A DNA stretch of 64,000 bases from Macrostomum hystrix (lineage: Eukaryota; Animalia; Platyhelminthes), in assembly GCA_950097015.1 (NCBI GenBank), contig CATNEN010000039.1:14260001-14324000 (forward strand), in the 5' to 3' direction. The translations under genes were made by a program, and so were the position numbers. Of this stretch, positions 1-10,200 are shown in pieces. The notes under the pieces are model-generated. The model had not been told where the DNA came from and ran no database searches. It worked only from the letters and a program-made list of their open reading frames with translations. Each line of letters begins with the position of its first letter. The stretch's first letter is position 1.

Positions 1-3000
1 CTACTCGCGGCCGCGACATCTTCGGCTGTGCTTTGTCCTGCGGCTGGCGGACGAGGACTGGTCACTGACACCAGGGCGGTCTCTGATAGGCCCACTCTCT
101 CTGCGGATTAGCATTTTATCAGCAATAGACAAACTGGATCATATGTTCTGGTGCTAGAGTTTTCAGCGTAGTTCGGGACATAAAGCTCATTGTAGCGGAT
201 TGCCGAGTTGGTTGCGCTAACGAGTTCGAGTTTATTTAAGTTCGCAAAAAGGTGTGAGGGGCTCTGTGCCCCAGACTTAGAGCCTTATAAAGGCCAGCGC
301 GTCTCCCCATGTCTCCAACCCCAGTGAGGATCGCAAACCAATGCGACTGCGCTAGCAGGGGTGACGCATCCGCCCAGACAGTGGTGTGATGTCTGGGGCC
401 GGCTGTCTGGGGTTGAGAGTAAAATTTTATCAGCAGAACCATGTGCACTGTCACAAATCATTTCGCTGACTCCTGAACTCATGCCCAGTATAGCACACGG
501 ATACTGTACACACACAGGTGTGTACATCTGCCGCAGGCGTTTCACAAACCCGAATTTATACTACGCCGAAACTTTATTAAGCAGAATTTTTACTGCTGAG
601 ATAGTAAACTTAACAACTTCGAGTTAGACAACTGAAGATAGCTGACTTTGGGAGTGCAATAATTGATCCTGAAACTTTCAATGGATTCAAATACTGTATT
701 GTCTTGACGATTTCACAAATTAAGCAGCAGAAACGGACAATTGTTAATTTATTGACAATGGACTAGCTATTCGATGTTGGGAAATCTCCTGTGAAATCTG
801 TCAGCATGGTTTTTCGACGATTTTTCGGTGAATTAATGGAATTTAATGCTAGCATTTTTGATTTTCGACGTTGTGAAATTTTGCCTTTGTGAATTTTGGT
901 GTTTATGAAATTTCGGCGTTGTGAAATTTCGGGTTTGTGAAGTTTGCCTGCTTCGACGATGTGAAATTTCGGGTTTGTGAAAAGCACCAACATCTACCCT
1001 GACTTTTTCATCATCAGGTGGTGCGCAACACTCTAACTGTGACTTGGGGGCTGGCCTTTAATTAAATAAACAGCACGAAAAGCCCTCAAGCCCTTCATTC
1101 GCGGCAGCGTCCCAAATAAATGTGCATGCCTCGCGCCGATACCGAGCGAGCCACGGAGTCAAAAGCTGAATTAATGAAATTGGAGAAACTCGCGTCTGGG
1201 TGTTCATATAGTGGCCTAGTTCCACCAGTTGAAGCCCTTGAAGGTCCAGCAGTCCATATAGATTAAGTCAGGTGACCACCGAAGATGGAGACGATGCATG
1301 CAGGTACATTAGGGTGACATGCTGATAAATTTTGAAGGCCTGGCAAGGCCGCACTGAGGCGCAGGTGCTAATCGCGTGTTCAGGGGTGAACGAGCGTATG
1401 AAATACACAAGCGCTTATGGGAAAAATCCGACCTACGACCATAGAACCATTGAATATCTCGACGGTCTGAAGAGCTGGCGACTTGAATCTTTTTTCAGAA
1501 AATGCGCAAAAAAGTTGGCCCGTGTTTTTTAGTTTCGTGTGCTTGCGTTGTTCCGTTCAGGTGCAAAAAAAAGTTGTCAGGAAGTAAAATTCCAAGGAAT
1601 ACATTGTAAATATACTCGTAAAATTGTAAAAATAGCAAATAATATTTTACGAGCTTCCTAGCTACTCGTAACCTGAGCTTCGTAGCACGAGCTAAACAAT
1701 GCTTACCCTTGAGCTGCTTGTTCTCCTGGATGAGCTTGTGCACCTCCTGCCGGAGCTCCATGATGCGAATAGTTGTGGACTGACGCAGCTCGGCCAGTTG
1801 GCCCACTAGTTCCCGCGATTTCTTCTTGTAGCGCGACTTCTGGAAGATTTCGACGCATTTTTACGGTGGCTAATATACTCGTAGTCTGGCAAACTTTAGA
1901 AACGTCATTTCGAGACAGTGGCGTAGCCAGGATTTTCGTGTTGGGGAAGCCTCAATTAGGGGCGCCGTTACTTGGCCACTACCACTTCCATGGGGGCGCC
2001 ACTACCTCTTCCATGGGGCGCCACTACCGCTTTCATGGGGGCGCCACTACCGCTTCCATGGGGCGCTACTACCGCTTCCATGGGGCGCCGTTACTCGGCC
2101 ACTACCACTTCCATGGGGGCGCCACTACCGCTTCCATGGGGCGCCACTACCGCTTTCATGGGGGCGCTACTACCGCTTCCATGGGGGCGCCACTACCGCT
2201 TCCATGGGGCGCCACTACCACTTCCATGGGGGCGCCACTACCGCTTCAATGGGGGCGCCACTACCGCTTCAATGGGGGCGCCACTACCGCTTCCATGGGG
2301 CGCCACTACCACTTCCATGGGGCGCCACTACCGCTTCCATGGGGGCGCCACTACCGCTTCCATGGGGGCGCCACTAACGCTTCAATGGGGGCGCCACTAC
2401 CGCTTCCATGGGGCGCCACTACCGCTTCCATGGGGCGCCACTACCACTTCCATGGGAGCGCCACTCTCGCTTCCATGGGGCACCACTACCGGTTCCATGG
2501 GGGCGCCACTACCACTTCCATGGGGCGCCACTACCACAGGTGCGCCCTCTAACACCTCGAGGGTATAAGAGAGTGCCCCACTACCATGAGGCGTGCGCCA
2601 CTACTAGAGGGCCCCATATAATATCACATAGATTTACTCGAACCAGCCGATTATAGGGAGGGGCTGTGGCCCCACTACGCCCGCGTTTCGAGACGCGCAA
2701 CGCAATAATTTTTATGCTCTCTTTATGAACAACCATAGTTACTGTTCTACTGGTGCAGACAAAGTTTCAAACCTGTTTAACCGCCTGCGCCCGCTCTTTA
2801 ACCACCGCCTCCTCCAATTGACGGATGCGCAGATCGCGGAGTTGCAAGCTCTCCTCGGGCGTCGCCGGCCCGTCTCTAGTGCGCAGGTCCCGAACCAATC
2901 GGAGCTCTTCGTCGCGTCGCAGCAGTTGATTGGCCAATTCGGCAAGGTCGTCCTGCTGCCGCTGAATCTGCAGCCAAAAAGCGCAAATTTTGATGTGATT

Positions 3001-3495
3001 CGAAATTACTCGGAGTAGATATTAGGGCGCGAACAAGCCTCATCATTGGACCCCCTTACATGTACTTATCTTAGTTACTTACCGTATTTAAAGCCCGCAT
3101 GTACTCGTGTTGCTGATCAACAACGGATCCTGCCATTGATGACGCTGCTTGCTGCTGCTGCTGCTGCTAAAAGCAAGCAAATTTCAGAATAGGATTGAAA
3201 CACTTATGAAACTTATGAAACATTGTATTCGAAAAATCGTTCTTAACGAAGCAAATTAGTTCAAATACTAACCGGTTGTAAATTACTTGTGCCAGAGCCT
3301 CTAAGTTTATGTCCTGCTGACGTGTTTCTGCATTTTATTTTAGATAATTCGTTTTATGTAAATACGAAAGTTAGATTACATTACATGTTGTTTAATATGA
3401 TTCCGAACGTAGAAATAAAAAGCTTACTTTGGCAAAGCTATTTCTCCGGTCTGTGGTGACGGCTGGTCCTTAGCAAGACTGGCGGAAGTTCCCAT
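1..3495 (-). CDS. Coiled-coil protein with predicted N-myristoylation site, CCDC192-like (3' end lies beyond the window start)
   Basis: Phase-consistent GT-AG exons 3495-3428, 3327-3273, 3166-3083, 2967-2773, 1839-1707, 100-<1. Protein: MGTSASLAKDQPSP...IQRQQDDLAELANQLLRRDEELRL...RIRQLEEAVVKERAQAVKQKSRYKKKSRELVGQLAELRQSTTIRIMELRQEVHKL. It starts MGxxxS. The heptad segment QKxRxKKxxxLxxxLA...IxEL recalls CCDC192 from memory; no search was run. Confidence 0.75.
370..1160 (-). mobile_element. tRNA-derived SINE family A, diverged copy interrupted by a MITE
   Basis: Shares ttcgctgactcctga...gatactgtacac...caggtgtgtacatctgcc and ccctgacttt...ccaaataaatgtg with the reverse complement of the copies at 57945 and 62990. 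Confidence 0.65.
533..990. mobile_element. MITE with terminal inverted repeats and internal ttgtgaaattt subrepeats
   Basis: tttcacaaacccgaattt (~540) is the near reverse complement of aaatttcgggtttgtgaaa (~964-982). The element splits the SINE A copy into two collinear halves. Confidence 0.6.
1385..1568. repeat. Dispersed ~190-bp repeat (family D), copy 1
   Basis: gaaatacacaagcgcttatgggaaaaatccgacct...agaaccattgaatatctcgacggtc...gagctggcgacttga...agtttcgtgtgcttgcg recurs at 40612-40797. Confidence 0.75.
1916..2685. mobile_element. hAT-type MITE carrying an internal minisatellite
   Basis: Ends are CAGTGGCGTAG and CTACGCCCGCG, flanked by an exact 8-bp TSD TTTCGAGA (1908-1915 and 2686-2693). 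Confidence 0.85.
1975..2540. repeat. 22-23-bp GC-rich minisatellite (ccatgggggcgccactaccgctt)n
   Basis: Direct tandem repeat of about 24 units; explains the repetitive ORFs at 1773-2656. Confidence 0.95.
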
Positions 3496-3669
3496 TGTAT
3501 CTAAAATAAAAACAGGTTTAATACTTATGGACGTTATTATGAGCGTAGCAATTGTCAAACTTTTGTACATACAACGATCTCAAAGTCACACAATAAGACC
3601 AGACCGTTTGGTAAATTTTTGGAAAAGGACGCGAAGTTAACAATAGTTAAAGTGGTAAGTAACTTACGT

Positions 3670-4239
3670 TCGTCGCACTTTAAGCCACTCCACAACCTTA
3701 AGGCTTAAGTAAATGTGGAATTCCACGCTCGGCTTTGGTAGGACGGCCGCAGGTAAATAATTACAATAGCAATAGTAAAATGACAATGGGCCTCAGGTCA
3801 AATATTTTACACTATTAAGTATTTACGGATATGGATTATGGACATTTTTTTTCGAATCATGACTTGCATCTCAGGTGCAATAATTATTTTACCGCGAAGG
3901 TAATTTGAATATCGACAAAATCTAATAAAAATGTTCAAATTTGACTAATGTTCTTACTTAAATACAGTAGAATTTAATTAGAACTTGTTATAAAAACGGA
4001 TTTATATCTTTTTTTGTCTTTAAGAACATAAGTTTAGAGGGAATCTATATTTTTTCTTGTTATACTGCTTTCTTTCGCAAAACATTTTTTGAATGAGTGA
4101 ATGTAACTTCCTATTTGTGTCAGCAACAGCTCAGATAATATTTAAGAAAAATTGAAGAAGTGATAGTTAAATATTGCGACAGATCCACCTTAGCATTTCC
4201 GTGGTATTCTGAAAATTCAGAACCCGTGTTTTTGCAAGC
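3670..4239. promoter_or_regulatory. Putative bidirectional promoter between the CCDC192-like and TTC31-like genes
   Basis: Divergent start codons at 3495 (-) and 4240 (+). A minus-strand donor (gtaagtt at ~3661-3667) suggests a 5' UTR exon. CpGs are retained. Inferred from gene geometry only. Confidence 0.5.
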
Positions 4240-7200
4240 ATGTCAATGTCGAAACTAGAAGCTTACAAAGCCTTAAAGCTCACCCAAGGTATGGTTTGAA
4301 GTTTTATACTATTGACATTGCATATAAATGGTGGACAGCCCCCTCTGGTAGATATTTTAGATATATAAAGTAAAATATAGTGTGATTTATTTATTTTAGC
4401 TGCTAGAATTAACAGTTTGAATTAAAAATGGTAAATTTATTTAAGATAAGGATTTAGATTATTAATTAACAACAACAAACTACAGCCAATAATAAATTAA
4501 GTTTATCATAAATGAGTAAAAAAATTATGAAGTTGTTCTAGGGTTGACTTATTAGTAACTAGACAATTTCACTAATGCCACCAAAGTTGTACTAGTGCTA
4601 TTTTATATTAATGTCATTATCTCATGTCTCATGATACCTAGACACTTCGTCATCTTACAACTTCGTCATCCAGATAATGATCTGTCCAATATCTCAGAGG
4701 GTGGATGACGAAGAGACTTAGACTTGTGGACACTTCGTCATCTATAAAACAAGTTTTCAAAGTTACAACAGAACCACCCCTCCCCACCTCCTCACATTGT
4801 GTTCGCACCTATCTTTCAACTCTTATAATAAAATCAGTTTTGACACCTCTTTTTGACAATTTAGAGTGTGAAGTGTATTCACACCTCTGCCCCACCACCC
4901 CACCCTCACTTTATTGATGATGAACTTGATTGCTTGTAATTAGTAGATGACAAACTGACTAAACTTTAACGCCGTGACTAGGGACACGGCGGCCGTGTCT
5001 CTAACTCTGTGCCTAGGGACACGGCTGCCGTGTCCCTAGTTATTGACCACTCCGTGCCTAGAGCCACGGCGGCCGTGTCTCCAGCTTTGTGGACTTAGGC
5101 ACGGCCGCCGTGTCCCCAGCTCTGTGTATAGGGACACGGCGGCCGTATCCCTAGTTATTGACCACTCCGTGCCTAGAGCCACGGCGGCCGTGTCTCCAGC
5201 TTTGTGGACTTAGGCACGGCCGCCGTGTCCCCAGCTCTGTGTATAGGGACACGGCTGCCGTGTCCTTAGTTATCGACCACTCCGTGCCTAGAGCCACGGC
5301 GACGGCGGTTGTAATAATGGGCTTTAAATAAACTATATCGGAAATGCCCGTTACTGCAGACACACTACTGCAGTTGGGTTAACAATGCAAACACCAAAGC
5401 TTGCAAGTGGACCTGAGTTCGTCTTCGGGTCTTAATAATGTTTCTTTCGATGCGTATAGCATTTTTTTTGTTTATACTTGGTCTTCTTGCAATTTCAATA
5501 AGTGGTCATAAGTTGGCACTTCTTGCTGGTAGCTTCAGTAAGTGTTAAAAACAATGACATACATGTAACGGTGTACCACCATGCAGTATACTAAACTGAA
5601 CATGTCTACTACATGCACTATATGTCTATATTAGTGGTATATGGTATCAGTGTCGTACATGTACGATTGATATCCACTCAATTGCATACTTCAAAGCATA
5701 CTTTGAAGTAGGGACCTTGTACTAGTTATCGTTACCTTGTCACTAGTTAAGTGACATATATACAGTAGGTCGCCTGCCTAGCCAAGGAAAAATGACTACA
5801 GAATTAGCAGCAAAGCTGCACGCTGCACTGGCCCTATATGCACCCGATTGTGAATAGAGTATATTTTTAATGAGCCGTCACCTCTGTACTACATATGTAC
5901 TGCATACTGCTTTGAATGCAAAAGTTTGCTTCATACTGTATATGTACAGTAGCTGAAGTTAAATGCACTGTACATGTAGGTGATGTTCAACTTAGCAACT
6001 GAAGTTTATATTAAATATAAGACCCGCGCTTACATGCTCTGAGAAAGTTTTGAAAGTTTCATTTTCCATAAATTTCGGGACCCACTTACATGTACACATG
6101 ATCCTAAATTGTCTACAATAGTTAAACTACATGTACATGTACTGTACTTGTTCAACAATACACGTTAGTGACATTATTTTCTAGAAAATACATGATTTAC
6201 TATGCTTCTCAATTTATTACTTTTTTGCCACATCAGGTGACAGTTATATTTTTCTTGTTAAAAGAAAGTGCGAGCAGACAAAGCATTGCGCGCTTGAATA
6301 TTCCAAAATACATGTACTGTCCCATTGAAGTCTTGCGACCAATTTTCAAATAAAAAGGAACACAATTTGTACAATTAATTTCCTCACAGTTGAGAAAAAT
6401 AGTAGTAAACGAAATTGAAAAGAAAAAATATATATGCATGTATTTACATTATTTACAGGGTTTAATGCAAAAAGATGTGAAAATAATTTCAGTTATTGAA
6501 ATGCCGGAAAACACAGTTTAAGACAAGCCTAAGTAGCTGGATAAGTAGATAGATAAGTAGATAGATAGTAGAGTAGATAGATAGATTAAGTAGATAGATA
6601 GAAAGTACACTTGGCTCCAAAGGGGCCAGATGTACAGCCATGACAAAAGCACAGCCACAGCTATTGCGCGGCGCATCCGAAGGCTGTGTGCAGCTGTTCA
6701 GTCCATAGACTGGGTGGGAGGCGCCACACCCACCCTAATTTCTACCCCAGCTTACACTGGTACCCACTTATAGCTGGCTGAACTAAGCAATGCAGAATAA
6801 GTGTCTTGCTCAATGACACTAATTTTGTTGCCTACATGTAGGTCGAGCCTAGGTCGAGAATCGAACCCTCTCGAGAATCGAATCGAGATCGCCACTAGGC
6901 TACAACTCCCTTCTACTAAGCTTACTCTAGCTTAAGTAGAGGCAAAACATGTCAAGACGATACAGAAAATGTTTGTACCATAATCATTCAATAATTTTTT
7001 CCGTGTTTTCAGACGACGCAACTTTTTATGTTAGCATCTAAAGTTTCATGGTTTTAACGCCGTTAATTTTGGTGCCGAATTACATTTCATGTGTTAACTG
7101 AATTCATATGTAAGAATAGCAATACAAGGAAATAAAACAATATCATGCACAAGAAACATAAACAGAGAGTAGCATGTGGAGCATACAATGTTGAAATTAT

Positions 7201-10200
7201 TGCAGCTGATATAAAAGCAGCCGATAAAAGAGCTAGCCAAAATGTAAAGCCGCTACGAGAAAATCTGCGCGAACAAGGAGAAAGGCAGCACTTTTTACTT
7301 TCTACACTAGCAAACTGTTAGTTGTAATAGTGGATAAAATAGCCGCACATGAGAAAAAATGGTTGCTACAAAACAAGCGCACGGGCACAAGAACACAAAA
7401 TGGATTCAGATTGAAGAAACTGGATGGGTGAATAACTCGATAACATTATTGTGTACATACCGAATTCTGAACTTGGCAGCAAACTTGTAATGTATGGTAG
7501 GTACCAAACGATAGTAGCAAAGCAGGAAAAAATATACATCATAGGCACTTTGAGTAGGAAAAAATGAGCAACCAAAATGAGGAAAATAAGTTGTGCCTTA
7601 CAGTGTATACATGTTTTGATACTCAGTCTTCAAGTGATTCTACCGATAACTATTGGTTGTACTATTGTTTGCAATAGTTGGTTGGTTGGTTGGTTGTAAT
7701 AGTGGGAAATGCAGATTTAAGCAGCTGGAGGGGGTGAATAACTGGATAAAATTATATAATAAACACTATAGACAAAAAGTTTTTCAGCAATATTCAGAGG
7801 AACGACAAAAACATTTTTTTAGTCAGTTGGACCAATTGGCAATTACTGCAAGATGATTAAATGAACATCATTCATTATATTCGTTGCTTTGTTTGAGATA
7901 TCGAAGTGCCTAGGGGCACGGCGTGTTTTGCAGTAAGCTAATGGCAGGAAAGAAAATTGAAACTAAATAACTGTTGAAACTAAATAACTGAAAATATAAA
8001 TTGAAACTAAATAACTGAAAATATAACTGTCACCTGATGTGGCAAAAAAGTAATAAATTGAGAAGCATAGTAAATCATGTATTTTCTAGAAAATAATGTC
8101 ACTAACGTGTATTGTTGAACAAGTACAGTACATGTACATGTAGTTTAACTATTGTAGACAATTTAGGATCATGTGTACATGTAAGTGGGTCCCGAAATTT
8201 ATGGAAAATGAAACTTTCAAAACTTTCTCAGAGCATGTAAGCGCGGGTCTTATATTTAATATAAACTTCAGTTGCTAAGTTGAACATCACCTACATGTAC
8301 AGTGCATTTAACTTCAGCTACTGTACATATACAGTATGAAGCAAACTTTTGCATTCAAAGCAGTATGCAGTACATATGTAGTACAGAGGTGACGGCTCAT
8401 TAAAAATATACTCTATTCACAATCGGGTGCATATAGGGCCAGTGCAGCGTGCAGCTTTGCTGCTAATTCTGTAGTCATTTTTCCTTGGCTAGGCAGGCGA
8501 CCTACTGTATATATGTCACTTAACTAGTGACAAGGTAACGATAACTAGTACAAGGTCCCTACTTCAAAGTATGCTTTGAAGTATGCAATTGAGTGGATAT
8601 CAATCGTACATGTACGACACTGATACCATGTACCACTAATATAGACATATAGTGCATGTAGTAGACATGTTCAGTTTAGTATACTGCATGGTGGTACACC
8701 GTTACATGTATGTCATTGTTTTTAACACTTACTGAAGCTACCAGCAAGAAGTGCCAACTTATGACCACTTATTGAAATTGCAAGAAGACCAAGTATAAAC
8801 AAAAAAAATGCTATACGCATCGAAAGAAATATTATTAAGACCCGAAGACGAACTCAGGTCCACTTGCAAGCTTTGGTGTTTGCATTGTTAACCCAACTGC
8901 AGTAGTGTGTCTGCAGTAACGGGCATTTCCGATATAGTTTATTTAAAGCCCATTATTACAACCGCCGTCGCCGTGGCTCTAGGCACGGAGTGGTCGATAA
9001 CTAAGGACACGGCAGCCGTGTCCCTATACACAGAGCTGGGGACACGGCGGCCGTGCCTAAGTCCACAAAGCTGGAGACACGGCCGCCGTGGCTCTAGGCA
9101 CGGAGTGGTCGATAACTAGGGACACGGCAGCCGTGTCCCTAGGCACAGAGTTAGAGACACGGCCGCCGTGTCCCTAGTCACGGCGAAACTTTAAAGCATG
9201 CCAATTGGCTGGATGACGAAATGTCCTACCTTCCAAGTGGATGACAAAGTTGTAAGATGATGAAGTGTCTAGGATCCTTTTCTCACTGCTGTTAGGCCTA
9301 CCACAATCTAGTAGATATCTCTTATGGTTTAGACTTGCAGGGATCTGTTTAATTACCAAGACAGACTAAGACGGGCTGTGATGGTTCTAAGACAGGCCAA
9401 GATGGACTGAGATGGACTCCCCCTTATATTTAAACACCAAAATGCTCTAACCCATGTGTTTAAACACCGAGACAGATTAGCGCAAAAGTGTTTAATTACC
9501 AAGATGGGCTACCATATATGGCTAATTACTGAGACAGGCTACCATACACATTCAATTGCCAAGACAGACTATCATATTGCATATGACACACATGTAATCG
9601 TGTATAAGTATAACATGCTTGAGTACTTAGACAGACCAGTGCTTAGATATAATCTAAGGTGTTTACATGTACATTCATATATCATATATGAAACGAGTGC
9701 CAAGCAAGGTAAGTCGCAAAAACCAATTGACCAAGTGCAAAAAAATCTGAGGGGGGACCAAGTGACAAAAAAAGAAGGCGTGAAGAAAAGGAAAAAAAGG
9801 GAGAGAAAAAGAGAGCAAATGAGAGCAAACAAAGTTGTAAATAGAGTAATGAAACAAACTAAGTCACAAATGAGAGCAAACTAAGTCATAAATAGAGCAA
9901 AAACTAAGTCGCACGGCTGGCTAAGATTTAGGAGGTTGCGCATGTATGTGTATATACATGCTTAAATACTGTATCAAAATCAAAACAGACCAGCACATGT
10001 TTGGCTCCTTCTACCTTGCGTCTGCCCCTGCTGTGCCTGTATAGCAACCACCTTGCTGCTGCAGGTCCTTGGCCAATCACCACCTAATCTAGCTACCAAG
10101 GGGCTGGCACAATCGGGAATAGAAGGCCCAGGAGTATTCAGAGGCAGGCTGGCTCCCGGAGGGCAGCAGCATAGGCAATTATGGTCCATGGGATCTGCTG

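Larger units (their letters stand above)
4637..9273. mobile_element. Older ~0.4-kb MITE split by the foldback insertion
   Basis: cctagacacttcgtcatcttacaacttcgtcatcc (4637-4671) is the near reverse complement of ggatgacaaagttgtaagatgatgaagtgtctagg (9239-9273). Confidence 0.7.

Noticed and set aside
4970-5300. Palindromic repeats with spacers resembling a CRISPR array
   Set aside because: The spacers are themselves repeated, the block is mirrored at 8970-9185 as a transposon TIR, the context is eukaryotic and there are no cas genes.
5151-5363. Near-identical 70-aa ORFs at 5151 (-) and 8907 (+)
   Set aside because: Mirror images within the foldback arms, GTG start, built partly from subrepeats.
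9456-9884. Lys-rich ORF that recurs at 42986-43333
   Set aside because: Both lie in copies of the non-coding hAT MITE family C.
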